Below, one piece after another: positions 45,844 to 55,342 of a stretch of 64,000 nt of DNA (its first letter is position 1; each line of letters begins with the position of its first letter). Source of the stretch: a virus. The translations under genes were made by a program, and so were the position numbers. The notes beneath the pieces were generated by a model. It was not told the DNA's origin, did not search any database, and saw only the letters and a list, made by a program, of their open reading frames with translations. Location of the stretch: the IMG/VR virus record IMGVR_UViG_3300028734_000011. One strand, given 5' to 3'.

Positions 45844-46114
45844 TTAGTTTTTTTAATTTTTTTCTTCTTTGAATTGATTTATAATCAAAATGTTTTATTA
45901 TTTCTTCTTCAGTTAATAATGACAAATTGCAATTTGAATTTGCATAGATATATATTTCAGATTCTACTGAATAACAATTATATTCAGGACAATAATATGT
46001 AAATTTATATTTATTGCCTTTTATAAATGAGTGATTTTGAGTACCAAGATCATATTTTAACCAATCATCTAATGATGTTAACATCTCACCTATGCTTAAA
46101 TTAAGCTTATTCAT
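45836..46114 (-). CDS. hypothetical protein, LDDW paralog family
   Basis: MNKLNLSIGEMLTSLDDWLKYDLG...KKLKKLNE. Confidence 0.45.
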   Translation of the reverse strand: MNKLNLSIGEMLTSLDDWLKYDLGTQNHSFIKGNKYKFTYYCPEYNCYSVESEIYIYANSNCNLSLLTEEEIIKHFDYKSIQRRKKLKKLNE

Positions 46115-46215
46115 TTATATTTAATTTTATATTAAACAAAGATACAAATTATTTTTGGTTAAATAACTATTTAAATATAAACTTTCATATTAAAAATGAT
46201 ACAATAAAATAAACT

Positions 46216-47109
46216 ATGAAAGATTTAGAATTAAAAAAATTAGTACATTCAACTATTGACAACACAATCAAGTATATTTTTTATACAGAGGATAAATTAA
46301 TAATTGAATTTTCTTATATCAATAAGAATGATGGTAAAAATATTATTTGCTGTCCAGTTTCAACATTTTGCTCAATAGGATGCAAATTTTGTCATACAGC
46401 AGAATATGTTGGTAAAATTAAAAATAGAAATCTAACATCATTTGAAATTTCTAATGGAGTTAATTATATTTATAATGATTTAAAATTATCTGAAAACCCA
46501 AAAACTTTATTAATAAGTTTCATGGGTATTGGTGAAATTGTAACAAATGTTGATGAAGTTGTAGAATCAATGATAAATATTCAAAATACTTATCTGAAAG
46601 ATATATACGTTAGATTCGCATTTGCAACATCTTTACCTGAATCTCACAGTATTGAATTTTTCAAATTAACAAATAAAATAGCTAAAAACAATTTGCCTGT
46701 TAAGTTGCATCTATCTTTACATTATACTACAAATGAGCAGAGAGTTCAGTGGATGCCAAGATCAATGAAAATTGAACCGACCATTGCAGCAGTAGATTAT
46801 TATAAATCTATGACAGGAAATAGTGTTGAAATACATTATGCTCTAATAGAGAATGTAAATGATAAATCAGAAGATGCTATGAGATTAACTAATCTTATTA
46901 AAGACAAAGGATTTGATGTTAAATTTTTATTCTATAACAAGAAAGATAATATAGACGCTGAACCATCAAACATTTCTAAAATTAAAGTATTTTCAGATAT
47001 ATTTAGTCTTGTTGGAATTAAACATGAATATTACATACCTCCTGGACTAGAAATTGGAAGTTCTTGTGGGTTACTATCCATAAATGAGTATATTAAAATA
47101 AAAGATTAA
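46216..47109 (+). CDS. radical SAM enzyme, RlmN/Cfr-like (tentative)
   Basis: CPVSTFCSIGCKFCHTAEY contains CxxxCxxC with a CKFC.T context resembling RlmN (..GCxLxCKFCxT); 297 aa. Confidence 0.5.
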   Translation: MKDLELKKLVHSTIDNTIKYIFYTEDKLIIEFSYINKNDGKNIICCPVSTFCSIGCKFCHTAEYVGKIKNRNLTSFEISNGVNYIYNDLKLSENPKTLLISFMGIGEIVTNVDEVVESMINIQNTYLKDIYVRFAFATSLPESHSIEFFKLTNKIAKNNLPVKLHLSLHYTTNEQRVQWMPRSMKIEPTIAAVDYYKSMTGNSVEIHYALIENVNDKSEDAMRLTNLIKDKGFDVKFLFYNKKDNIDAEPSNISKIKVFSDIFSLVGIKHEYYIPPGLEIGSSCGLLSINEYIKIKD

Positions 47110-47113
47110 TATT

Positions 47114-47311
47114 ATGACAGAAGAAGAGATAGAAGATTGTAGATATATAAAATCTAAAATGGAAAATGAGGGATTTGATTATTGCTTTAGACATTATAGC
47201 AACTTCAAAGAAATTAAAGATGATGAATTTCATGAACTAAGAAGACAATATATTGAAAGTTCAGAATTATTAGAAGATTATATAAATAATAAATGTGATG
47301 GAAAAATTTAA
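47114..47311 (+). CDS. hypothetical acidic protein
   Basis: 65-aa ORF. Confidence 0.35.
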   Translation: MTEEEIEDCRYIKSKMENEGFDYCFRHYSNFKEIKDDEFHELRRQYIESSELLEDYINNKCDGKI

Positions 47312-47510
47312 TATTGGTGATAAAGTAATTAAGAATGAAGAAACTTGGATAACTAATGATTTTGATGGTTGGGGAAGAGGAATTGGTGTAGGAGTTGTAG
47401 TTGAGCCGCCATTTTACATGAATGACGATGAAGTTGACATCAGATGGAATGGTGGTAGATGTTTTGAATTTACAGAAGAATTGATAAATATTACAGGAAA
47501 AAATGAATGA
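47295..47510 (+). CDS. hypothetical protein
   Basis: 71-aa ORF; followed by a terminator. Confidence 0.35.
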   Translation: MMEKFNIGDKVIKNEETWITNDFDGWGRGIGVGVVVEPPFYMNDDEVDIRWNGGRCFEFTEELINITGKNE

Positions 47511-47525
47511 TTAATCACGCATTAA

Positions 47526-47563
47526 GAGAATAAAAACAAAAGATTGAATGATTACTCATTCAA
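47526..47563 (+). terminator. rho-independent terminator
   Basis: AAAAGATTGAATGAttactCATTCAATCTTTTTTTT. Confidence 0.7.
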
Positions 47564-47829
47564 TCTTTTTTTATAAATTAATACAGGAATTTATTTATAA
47601 AATGGCATACTTCAGTTCTTTTTTGGATCCCTCTGTAACTTAGACCTATTATTTTTTTTAGCCCTGCACCGAACTTGCTAACTTTTTTCAGTGGCATCGT
47701 AGTTCCACTTCGGCTTACGAATATTATATCAAAAAATCACCAAGACTGTATGATATCGCTTGTTGTCATTTCAACAAAATGAATAACATGACTTTGTAAT
47801 AATAATACTCTAATAATTTATATTTAATC

Positions 47830-48123
47830 TTATTGAACCAATTTATAGCACATATCAAAGGCAACAGCAGGATTACCGTTTAATTCCTCGTAATATGAAT
47901 ATATTATGTGAATATGTCTTACTTCTTTTACAAACAATAAAATTGGTAACATAGTTTTGCTATCTACAATACCTCGATTATTATCTTTTGTAATAGGACA
48001 TATAAATCTATCACCTTTTTTTAATATTTTTTCAACAGTAATAAGTTCAAATTGATCTATCAACACAGTTTTTGTTCCTGTTTTGTAGTCTCTGTTTCTA
48101 TCAATATATTCAAATTCTTCCAT
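47830..48123 (-). CDS. hypothetical protein
   Basis: 97-aa ORF; ATGA-type tiling with upstream gene. Confidence 0.4.
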   Translation of the reverse strand: MEEFEYIDRNRDYKTGTKTVLIDQFELITVEKILKKGDRFICPITKDNNRGIVDSKTMLPILLFVKEVRHIHIIYSYYEELNGNPAVAFDMCYKLVQ

Positions 48124-48494
48124 TATTTATTAGATGACTTATAATGTTTAAAAAATTCATCTAATTCTTCTGGTGACATTTTAGAAATTTTTTCACTTAC
48201 TATTTTTTCAAAATTAACCTTATAACATTTATTAGATGACTTATATGGCATCAGATATGAATTAAAATGTGTGTCAATAGTCTCATTTTTTTTATATTCA
48301 TGATAAATTGAAATAGAAAAAATAAGAATAAAATAAAAAACAAGAAGCAAATAATAATTAGATTTGTTCTTATTAGATATGAAAACAAATTCTAAACAGA
48401 TAATAGACAAAACGCCAATAATAACTGAGGATAATAATAATGCTATCATAATAATATTATTTAAATTGTTTGAATTGAATTTTTTTATACACAA
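48123..48494 (-). CDS. membrane protein
   Basis: 123 aa with two hydrophobic helices. Confidence 0.4.
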   Translation of the reverse strand: MCIKKFNSNNLNNIIMIALLLSSVIIGVLSIICLEFVFISNKNKSNYYLLLVFYFILIFSISIYHEYKKNETIDTHFNSYLMPYKSSNKCYKVNFEKIVSEKISKMSPEELDEFFKHYKSSNK

Positions 48495-48871
48495 TAAAAA
48501 TTAAAATTAAAAAAAATGAAATTTAAAATGTCTTCTGAATCTTTTATTAAATTAATGAAAGACAATCTATTCTTATATAATTCTTCAATACCGATTTCTA
48601 TACCATCAAATTCTTCTAATTTATATTTAGTCCTTGGTACTTTAAAATTATTAAAATTATTAAAAATACTACTAGATATAGTAGAAATATTAATAAGACT
48701 GAAATGTGTTCTCAAATCAGGCTGCAAGTACGTATTATTAATCTCACTAACTTCCTTTAAAGCATATTCACGAAGTTTTCTATTAACTATATTATGAACA
48801 ATATCATTAAACTCAATTTGATGAGTGTCTATTGTTAATTCTTCTTCTGGAGGATAAACTGATACTGACAT
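48485..48871 (-). CDS. hypothetical protein
   Basis: 128-aa ORF. Confidence 0.4.
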   Translation of the reverse strand: MSVSVYPPEEELTIDTHQIEFNDIVHNIVNRKLREYALKEVSEINNTYLQPDLRTHFSLINISTISSSIFNNFNNFKVPRTKYKLEEFDGIEIGIEELYKNRLSFINLIKDSEDILNFIFFNFNFYCV

Positions 48872-48961
48872 AATTATATTGTTTTATTGTTTGACTTAAT
48901 ACAATGCAAAGATACCACATATAATTTATATATGTGGTATATCAAAAGTTAAATAATATTA

Positions 48962-49363
48962 TTAATAACTAATGTGTATTAAAACACTATTTCTTACTAT
49001 GGATTTTTTAAGAATATAAATAAAATCAGTCTGTTCTTCATCAGTCCAATGCTTATTTTCTTTCATTAAACTTTCTATGTTTGGAATGTCACTCTCTTTC
49101 ATATTTACAATACAATCATTAAGTTCATTTCTTTGATAGAATGAATCTGGATCATATTTTATCTGACCATATTCACCAGCCAAATAATTTAGAACCACCC
49201 AATTATTTCTAAGATAATAAATTTCAGTGACTAGTTTTTCAAAATCTTCTAATATTATTGAGTCTTTTTTTTGTTTAATAAGACAATTATCATCTTGATA
49301 TACAACTGGAGTCACATCTTTGTATATATCTTTTGTCTTGTAGAATGTTATATCAAGTCCCAT
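48962..49363 (-). CDS. hypothetical protein
   Basis: 133-aa ORF. Confidence 0.4.
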   Translation of the reverse strand: MGLDITFYKTKDIYKDVTPVVYQDDNCLIKQKKDSIILEDFEKLVTEIYYLRNNWVVLNYLAGEYGQIKYDPDSFYQRNELNDCIVNMKESDIPNIESLMKENKHWTDEEQTDFIYILKKSIVRNSVLIHISY

Positions 49364-49365
49364 AT

Positions 49366-49671
49366 TTATTTATTATTATCTTTATATCTAATCATTAAAC
49401 CTGATCCTTCTGTAGAATTTGATGTATAATAAAATTCAAGGTTGTGAGTAACTAAATATCTAACTAATCCTTCATGATCTGATTTTGATACTCCACTATT
49501 TCTATTTGGTATTAATTCTATTCCATCCTGAAATCCTTTTTGATATCCTATTTGTCTACCATTCTCAAATGATTTAGTGTCTATCTGATATTTATCAAGA
49601 ATAATTTGAATTTTCATCTCATATATCTTTTTAAATATATAATTAATAATTTTCTTTATTAGATTTTTCAT
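49366..49671 (-). CDS. hypothetical protein
   Basis: 101-aa ORF. Confidence 0.4.
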   Translation of the reverse strand: MKNLIKKIINYIFKKIYEMKIQIILDKYQIDTKSFENGRQIGYQKGFQDGIELIPNRNSGVSKSDHEGLVRYLVTHNLEFYYTSNSTEGSGLMIRYKDNNK

Positions 49672-49891
49672 TTAATTTAATTATTTTATATTTTCTATAT
49701 TCATATAATGTAAGATATGTATGAAATTTAATATAGTAAAGATGATTTTCAAATTCTTCTACTTCAAATCTAAATTCATTAATATCTATAAATTTAATAT
49801 GTAAAGGAGTGAATAGTGGTAATTTTCTAGTAAAACAAGTATCTGAATTTTTATTTTCTATACAAAATATCACATCACCAGGTTTTATCAT
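49643..49891 (-). CDS. hypothetical protein, MIKxGD paralog family
   Basis: MIKPGDVIFCIENKNSD...EYRKYKIIKLNEK; paralogs at 49875..50108 and 58860..59102. Confidence 0.45.
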   Translation of the reverse strand: MIKPGDVIFCIENKNSDTCFTRKLPLFTPLHIKFIDINEFRFEVEEFENHLYYIKFHTYLTLYEYRKYKIIKLNEKSNKENY

Positions 49892-50108
49892 TCAAATTTG
49901 TCAATTTTAGTTTTCTATATTCAGATGATGTAATAAATTTATGATGCTTCATCATAAAAAAATTATCATTTATTTCTTCAAAAATAATCAATACATCATC
50001 AGTTACTAATTTCACATGTAAAGGTTTTAAAAGTGGTAAAAAAGCACCAACTCCAATTATTGGAGTAATATTTTCAATACAAATCAATACATCACCATTT
50101 TTTATCAT
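49875..50108 (-). CDS. hypothetical protein, MIKxGD paralog family
   Basis: MIKNGDVLICIENITP...EYRKLKLTNLNDK. Confidence 0.45.
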   Translation of the reverse strand: MIKNGDVLICIENITPIIGVGAFLPLLKPLHVKLVTDDVLIIFEEINDNFFMMKHHKFITSSEYRKLKLTNLNDKTW

Positions 50109-50306
50109 TTTATATTAGTTTTAAATTATAGTCCTATTTTCCAATCAATTGGTCCTTCTTCAATAGAAACACCTTCATATTTAGTTTGAAGTTCCTCAAA
50201 TATACCGTGAATTAATTTATATTCAGAATCAGTTAGATATCTTTCAATCCTCATGTTATCTGTTCCAGATATTTCAAGATTATATAATTTCTTTTCTTGT
50301 TCCATG

Positions 50307-50630
50307 TCATTTATTTTTTAATATTTTTATTTTTTTTCTTCTTAAATATCTCTCAATGATATCTATATCAATATTATCTAAAAAATCATCATCTATTAAG
50401 ATATTAGGATTAACATAATATTCCCAGCCATCTTGCCACTCACTTAAATTGAAATCATGTTTAAGATTAGGAAAAATTGTTTTTCTAGTACAAGTAAACA
50501 TAATATAAATTCTATTATTTAGTATTCCTAAAAATATCATTTCTTCTCCCATATATGATCCATCATCTCCATGAGATCTCTCTGTTCTAACTATATGATC
50601 TCCTTTATTAAATATGTGAATTGAACTCAT
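50307..50630 (-). CDS. hypothetical protein
   Basis: 107-aa ORF. Confidence 0.4.
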   Translation of the reverse strand: MSSIHIFNKGDHIVRTERSHGDDGSYMGEEMIFLGILNNRIYIMFTCTRKTIFPNLKHDFNLSEWQDGWEYYVNPNILIDDDFLDNIDIDIIERYLRRKKIKILKNK

Positions 50631-50638
50631 TTAATCAT

Positions 50639-51184
50639 TTAAAATTTTGTAGTCCATTTTGGATTAGGTAAATAATTTTCCTCTTCATATTTTTTCAATA
50701 AATTATAAAGTGGTTCCCAATCTGAATCTGGAAAAAACGCTGCCTTATCATCTAGGATCACGTTGAAATACATTTTTTGTTCATAGAAACCAAAATTTCC
50801 ATTATTCGATGAGATGTTTGGATTTTCATTTATATTATCAAAATGAATATAATTATTATCAAATTCTTTGATATAATTATCAATTTCATTTTGATATGAT
50901 GATGTCCACATTATAATATGAATATCATTTCTTGCTGTTAATAATTGTAATACTTCTTTTGCAAAAGGATAAAACTCAAACTGATTATCATTTAAGTTAT
51001 AACTGGATTTTATTACAGTTGAATGTAAATCTATAACCCAATAAGTTGTGTACCATTCTTTTTTAAAAGAATTGGTAAACACCTTATCAATATATTTAGT
51101 CATAGAAGTAGTTAATAATTCGTCAAACATTTTATTATTTATTATCAGGTTCAAATTCATTTTTAAGTTCAAGAAATCTTTCAT
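50639..51184 (-). CDS. HAD-like hydrolase (possible 5'(3')-nucleotidase; tentative)
   Basis: VIDLHSTV (motif-I-like) and VILDDKA (DD motif). True start may be an internal Met, since it overlaps the upstream gene by 50 nt. Confidence 0.3.
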   Translation of the reverse strand: MKDFLNLKMNLNLIINNKMFDELLTTSMTKYIDKVFTNSFKKEWYTTYWVIDLHSTVIKSSYNLNDNQFEFYPFAKEVLQLLTARNDIHIIMWTSSYQNEIDNYIKEFDNNYIHFDNINENPNISSNNGNFGFYEQKMYFNVILDDKAAFFPDSDWEPLYNLLKKYEEENYLPNPKWTTKF

Positions 51185-51467
51185 ATCTATTTTTTTTCAA
51201 TAAATCTTTAGATTTCTGTGTTTCTATCATTCTCTTATTGTACTGTTCATCTGTTTCTTCTATCATTCTATTAACCTCTAAATAGAAATATCCATCATGC
51301 TCATAATCAGTTGTACACATAGGTTCTATGTATTCAATATTTATGATATCATCATCCTGAAATTGTAAATGTTTCAAGTCTTTCCATGTGATATAGTTAT
51401 CTAAATGCTTAGTAAAGATAGTTTTTTCAATTTTCAATTTTTTCATAATGTTATTCAAATGGTTCAA
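51135..51467 (-). CDS. hypothetical protein
   Basis: 110-aa ORF. Confidence 0.4.
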   Translation of the reverse strand: MNHLNNIMKKLKIEKTIFTKHLDNYITWKDLKHLQFQDDDIINIEYIEPMCTTDYEHDGYFYLEVNRMIEETDEQYNKRMIETQKSKDLLKKNRYERFLELKNEFEPDNK

Positions 51468-51858
51468 TAATTTTTTTTATATATTTAACTGGTATATCAA
51501 CCTCACAACACAAATGATTTCTATTAGATGACATATCTTGATCTGAAAAACTATCATCATAAAAAATGATACCATCTTTAATCAATTCTTGGGTATCTAT
51601 TGCAACTATATATGAATCATCATAATATCTAAACATATCTCCAGTAGTATGGGTTATAGGATATGAAAAAAATAGCATTCCTGTCTCAACAATTGATTTA
51701 TATTGCGGTTGATTAATTTTTAGTCCATCAATTTTAATATTCTCAATTCTATCTTTAGTAGTTACATGATACAAGACATCATATTTACTAATATCATGAA
51801 GATTAAACTCTTCTTCAAAAGTTTCACCACTAAAAAATGATACAAATTTCTTTTTCAT
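51451..51858 (-). CDS. hypothetical protein with Tpt1/KptA- or ART-fold-like N-terminal motif (speculative)
   Basis: YDVLYHVTTKDRIENIKIDGLKI resembles the LYHGT...I..GL.. opening of RNA 2'-phosphotransferase / DarT-like ADP-ribosyltransferases; 135 aa is short for either. Confidence 0.25.
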   Translation of the reverse strand: MKKKFVSFFSGETFEEEFNLHDISKYDVLYHVTTKDRIENIKIDGLKINQPQYKSIVETGMLFFSYPITHTTGDMFRYYDDSYIVAIDTQELIKDGIIFYDDSFSDQDMSSNRNHLCCEVDIPVKYIKKIIEPFE

Positions 51859-52040
51859 ATTATTTAGTCAAAGGACAATTATTACATTTATTATCTATAT
51901 CTATTTGATTTATATAATTATCAATACCTATTTCAGGTATATTAAACCATGATGATCCTCCTTGTTTTTTGCAATATTCAGCAAATTTCATTAATTCAGA
52001 TTTAAGTTTTATTTTATCTTTTTCGTTCATTATTTAAATT

Positions 52041-52235
52041 TTATTTTTCAATTAATTCTACTGTATGAATTTCACTATTTTCAACAGAATAGTAAAAAAA
52101 TGTCCAGTTTTTCATTGCATATCCTATGTTAAATGGCTCTGTATCACCAAAATCCTTTATACATGATGGAATGAAAAGTTTTTTTAATTTATCTTTAAAA
52201 TCTTCTCTATTTGTAACAATTTCAGTAGCATTCAT
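52041..52235 (-). CDS. hypothetical protein
   Basis: 64-aa ORF. Confidence 0.35.
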   Translation of the reverse strand: MNATEIVTNREDFKDKLKKLFIPSCIKDFGDTEPFNIGYAMKNWTFFYYSVENSEIHTVELIEK

Positions 52236-52236
52236 A

Positions 52237-52701
52237 TTATTTCATCAATGATTTTGCTTCAACTAATTTTTGAATTACAATATCCATTAGATTAATATTA
52301 TTAATTAACAAATCTGGAATTTCTTTATAAACTTCATCAATTAATTTATAATATTTTTCAGATTGATCACTGAAAACATGAGTAGGTAACCATTTTTTAA
52401 TAATATCTTCTAATACTTCAGCACTTTCATCACTTTCAAAGGCTTCTTCTAATCCTGCTATAATATTACCTTCTTCATCAATAGAAATAACATTATCAGA
52501 TATAGGTTGTAATGTACCCCAATTATTATAATGTGACATAAATCTCAATTCATATCTACCATTGAAAATTCTTTGACTTTCAAATGTAAGTGGAAATCCG
52601 AGTGAACAATCATCAAGATCATCATTGTCTTCATATGATTTGTTAATGAAATCTATAATTTCATTTCCATTAATTATTTCTAAATTAATCATTATCTTCA
52701 A
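52237..52701 (-). CDS. hypothetical protein
   Basis: 154-aa ORF. Confidence 0.4.
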   Translation of the reverse strand: MKIMINLEIINGNEIIDFINKSYEDNDDLDDCSLGFPLTFESQRIFNGRYELRFMSHYNNWGTLQPISDNVISIDEEGNIIAGLEEAFESDESAEVLEDIIKKWLPTHVFSDQSEKYYKLIDEVYKEIPDLLINNINLMDIVIQKLVEAKSLMK

Positions 52702-53053
52702 TATAATAATCTAAATCTAATCCAATTTTATCACAGTAGTCACTAAATTCTTCAGAATAATCTGTGCCATATATTTTTTCAAGTTCTTCACTATCATCTG
52801 GTAATCCATCACAGCATCCATAATAACCAATAAATTCGCCTTTATTTTCAAAAGATGCCATATATAAATTACCGCAAGGAATACCATTTTCTTTGGAAAA
52901 TTCTTCAAAAAAATGAAGTACAATATTTACTGACTCTTTACTGTTTCGGATATAATTTTTATAGAAAATATCTAGAACATCAATTATCATGTACATTTTC
53001 TTTTCGTCAAATTCTTCACTTGTAATAACTGGGTAATCTTTAAATTCTTTCAT
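52685..53053 (-). CDS. hypothetical protein
   Basis: 122-aa ORF. Confidence 0.4.
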   Translation of the reverse strand: MKEFKDYPVITSEEFDEKKMYMIIDVLDIFYKNYIRNSKESVNIVLHFFEEFSKENGIPCGNLYMASFENKGEFIGYYGCCDGLPDDSEELEKIYGTDYSEEFSDYCDKIGLDLDYYIEDND

Positions 53054-53249
53054 TCTTTTTATTTTATTTTGTTTAAATTTTCTAATTTCCTTTTTCTATT
53101 TCTGATTGTAACATATTCTTCCTCAATATCTTTTATTTTCATTTCATCCATTAAACTTCATCCATATTGCAAAAATAAATGCTCTATTTCTTTGGCTGTC
53201 CAATCATCTGGATTATTCTTAATATTTTCAGAGAAAAATCTAACATCCA

Positions 53250-53432
53250 TTATTTTATAGTTTCTTTCGATCCATATCTTGTTCCGTTAACACCAATCAT
53301 TATTTCTAAAAATGGTGTGATATGTAATGAATAAGTGTTTAATTTATCATTAATTTTTGTTTTACTAACTCCAATTAAGTATGGAATTATTCTATAAAAA
53401 TTTGTACTAATATTACCTTTATAATTTGTCAT
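53250..53432 (-). CDS. hypothetical protein
   Basis: 60-aa ORF. Confidence 0.3.
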   Translation of the reverse strand: MTNYKGNISTNFYRIIPYLIGVSKTKINDKLNTYSLHITPFLEIMIGVNGTRYGSKETIK

Positions 53433-53442
53433 GTTTTATTAT

Positions 53443-53676
53443 TTATTTATTAATCAATGATTGTCTTGATACTACATCCATTGTAGCACTCATACAATTT
53501 ATTATCATTTCAAGTCCAAATTCAGTTTCATTTTGTATTTCAGTTGCTAACTCACGTCTGGAATATGTATTTACTCCACAACACATATAAACTACATCTA
53601 AATCACGTGGAGAATTCATTAAATTGTCAATCAATCCGTTTTTTAACTTCAATGATAGTTCATTTATCTTTTCCAT
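53443..53676 (-). CDS. hypothetical protein
   Basis: 77-aa ORF. Confidence 0.35.
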   Translation of the reverse strand: MEKINELSLKLKNGLIDNLMNSPRDLDVVYMCCGVNTYSRRELATEIQNETEFGLEMIINCMSATMDVVSRQSLINK

Positions 53677-54044
53677 TTTATTATTTTATCTTTTTTATAA
53701 TCATTTAAGTATTTTTCAATATATTTCAATTCTATACTTTCAAAAATCACAAATATTGAATTATTATATTCTTTAATGTTTAAGGAGATATCTAAACATT
53801 CTAATTTCTTCATTCTTAAATAAGATTCAATATTTTTAACACTGGTATTTTCAAGAATGTTTTTTATTTTTTGTAATTTAATATTTAGTTCATTAAGCTT
53901 ATTAGAAATCTCTGTACAATCATCATCCGCTATACTCCAATATAATGCTCCACCCATCATATTTCTGATTTCACATGCTTTATCTAAATTTCTCTGACCT
54001 TCTTCAATTGTGTCAAATATTAATAAATCTGTGGATAAATTCAT
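53664..54044 (-). CDS. hypothetical protein (translationally coupled downstream of NadD)
   Basis: 126 aa; ATGA overlap with the NadD stop/start at 54044. Confidence 0.4.
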   Translation of the reverse strand: MNLSTDLLIFDTIEEGQRNLDKACEIRNMMGGALYWSIADDDCTEISNKLNELNIKLQKIKNILENTSVKNIESYLRMKKLECLDISLNIKEYNNSIFVIFESIELKYIEKYLNDYKKDKIIKWKR

Positions 54045-54661
54045 TATTTATATAAATTATGTATATGAATATATTTCTCAACTGATGATGGTACAAAGAT
54101 ACTAATATCTTCTGAATTCGCAATAAGATTTCTAATTTTTGTTGAAGATAAAGATGATATTTTAAAATCACTCAAAAAAACAGTATCATTATTTATAATT
54201 ACATTATTACTAAGTAATTCTGATTTTTTATACACAAAACATTTTTCATTTGTTTCATTATCAAAATCTCTTGGTAATACAATAAAAGGATATTTTTCAC
54301 ATATAACTTTATAGTTTTTCCATTTGTCTATATCTAACCAAATATCCAACCCCATTATCATATAATACTTAGTATCTGGATTTGATAAACTTAATGAGTT
54401 TAATGCATTTATTGTATATGATGGTAAAGGTAAGTACTGTTCAACTGTATTAACTGTAATGTTAATATAAGGTTCTACTGATAAACCGCACATTTTACAT
54501 CTATCTTTATAATCAGCCAAATCATGTTTAAAAGGATTTTGTGGAGAAACAACCAATTGTACTTCATCAATATAATTTAGCTTAGATATATTCTCAGCTA
54601 TCTTAATATGAGTATTATGACAAGGATTGTAGCTACCAAAAAATAGTGCGACATTTTTCAT
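54044..54661 (-). CDS. nadD: nicotinate/nicotinamide mononucleotide adenylyltransferase (NadD-type)
   Basis: N-terminal (H/T)xGH nucleotidyltransferase motif FFGSYNPCHNTH; C-terminal ISSLSSTKIRNLI matches the NadD ISST.IR motif; 205 aa. Confidence 0.75.
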   Translation of the reverse strand: MKNVALFFGSYNPCHNTHIKIAENISKLNYIDEVQLVVSPQNPFKHDLADYKDRCKMCGLSVEPYINITVNTVEQYLPLPSYTINALNSLSLSNPDTKYYMIMGLDIWLDIDKWKNYKVICEKYPFIVLPRDFDNETNEKCFVYKKSELLSNNVIINNDTVFLSDFKISSLSSTKIRNLIANSEDISIFVPSSVEKYIHIHNLYK

Positions 54662-54662
54662 A

Positions 54663-54872
54663 TTATTTTCTTAATCCTAAATATTCATCAAATGCATGAA
54701 CCCAAGCTAAAGCATCTTCTTCATATGATGTATCTGGATCATAATAATCCAATTCTATTTTCATTGACATATCATCAGAAAATATCAAATCATATTTTGC
54801 ATTCCAACTCAAGTCAGAATTTATAATTTCATGAGCTTCTGAGTTTAAATCTATTAACGCTCCTATTTTCAT
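54663..54872 (-). CDS. hypothetical acidic protein
   Basis: 69-aa ORF. Confidence 0.35.
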   Translation of the reverse strand: MKIGALIDLNSEAHEIINSDLSWNAKYDLIFSDDMSMKIELDYYDPDTSYEEDALAWVHAFDEYLGLRK

Positions 54873-54877
54873 AATAC

Positions 54878-55108
54878 TTATTTTATTTCTATTTTTACTT
54901 TATAATAATGATTTTCTAATCCAGCATTTTTTAATGCATTATAAATTTTCATAGCTTCTTCTTCATGATCATATGAAGTAAAAACTTCTATTTCAATCTT
55001 AGCCTTACCTTCTAATTCTCCACCTTTTATCCAAAGTTCCCTAGAATTATGATTTAAAACTTTCAACTTATCATTTTTGTCAATATAAAAACTATCTGAA
55101 TTCGCCAT
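54878..55108 (-). CDS. hypothetical protein
   Basis: 76-aa ORF. Confidence 0.35.
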   Translation of the reverse strand: MANSDSFYIDKNDKLKVLNHNSRELWIKGGELEGKAKIEIEVFTSYDHEEEAMKIYNALKNAGLENHYYKVKIEIK

Positions 55109-55111
55109 AAT

Positions 55112-55342
55112 TTATTTTTTATTTTTACAATTAATAATAATATTTGCAATTAACATGATAAATAAAACAATAGAAATAGTAATAATAAATGATAAGATAG
55201 CTAATTGTGTAAAGCTATACGGAGATTTACTAACTGTAGATAATACAAAAAATCCAAGCCATGTTGTTAATATACTATATTTTACCTCAAACATAATAGC
55301 CAAATTTCTATATAAAAATTTTTTCATAATATTATTTTTCAA
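55112..55342 (-). CDS. small membrane protein
   Basis: 76 aa, two TM helices; first of three tandem small hydrophobic proteins. Confidence 0.4.
   Translation of the reverse strand: MKNNIMKKFLYRNLAIMFEVKYSILTTWLGFFVLSTVSKSPYSFTQLAILSFIITISIVLFIMLIANIIINCKNKK

Noticed and set aside
47564-47829. tmRNA or RNase P RNA in the GC-richer spacer
   Set aside because: No tag-peptide reading frame ending in ..ALAA, no tRNA-like CCA end, and none of the RNase P P4 motifs (GGAAAGTCC / ACAGAAACCGG). Left as a generic sRNA candidate.
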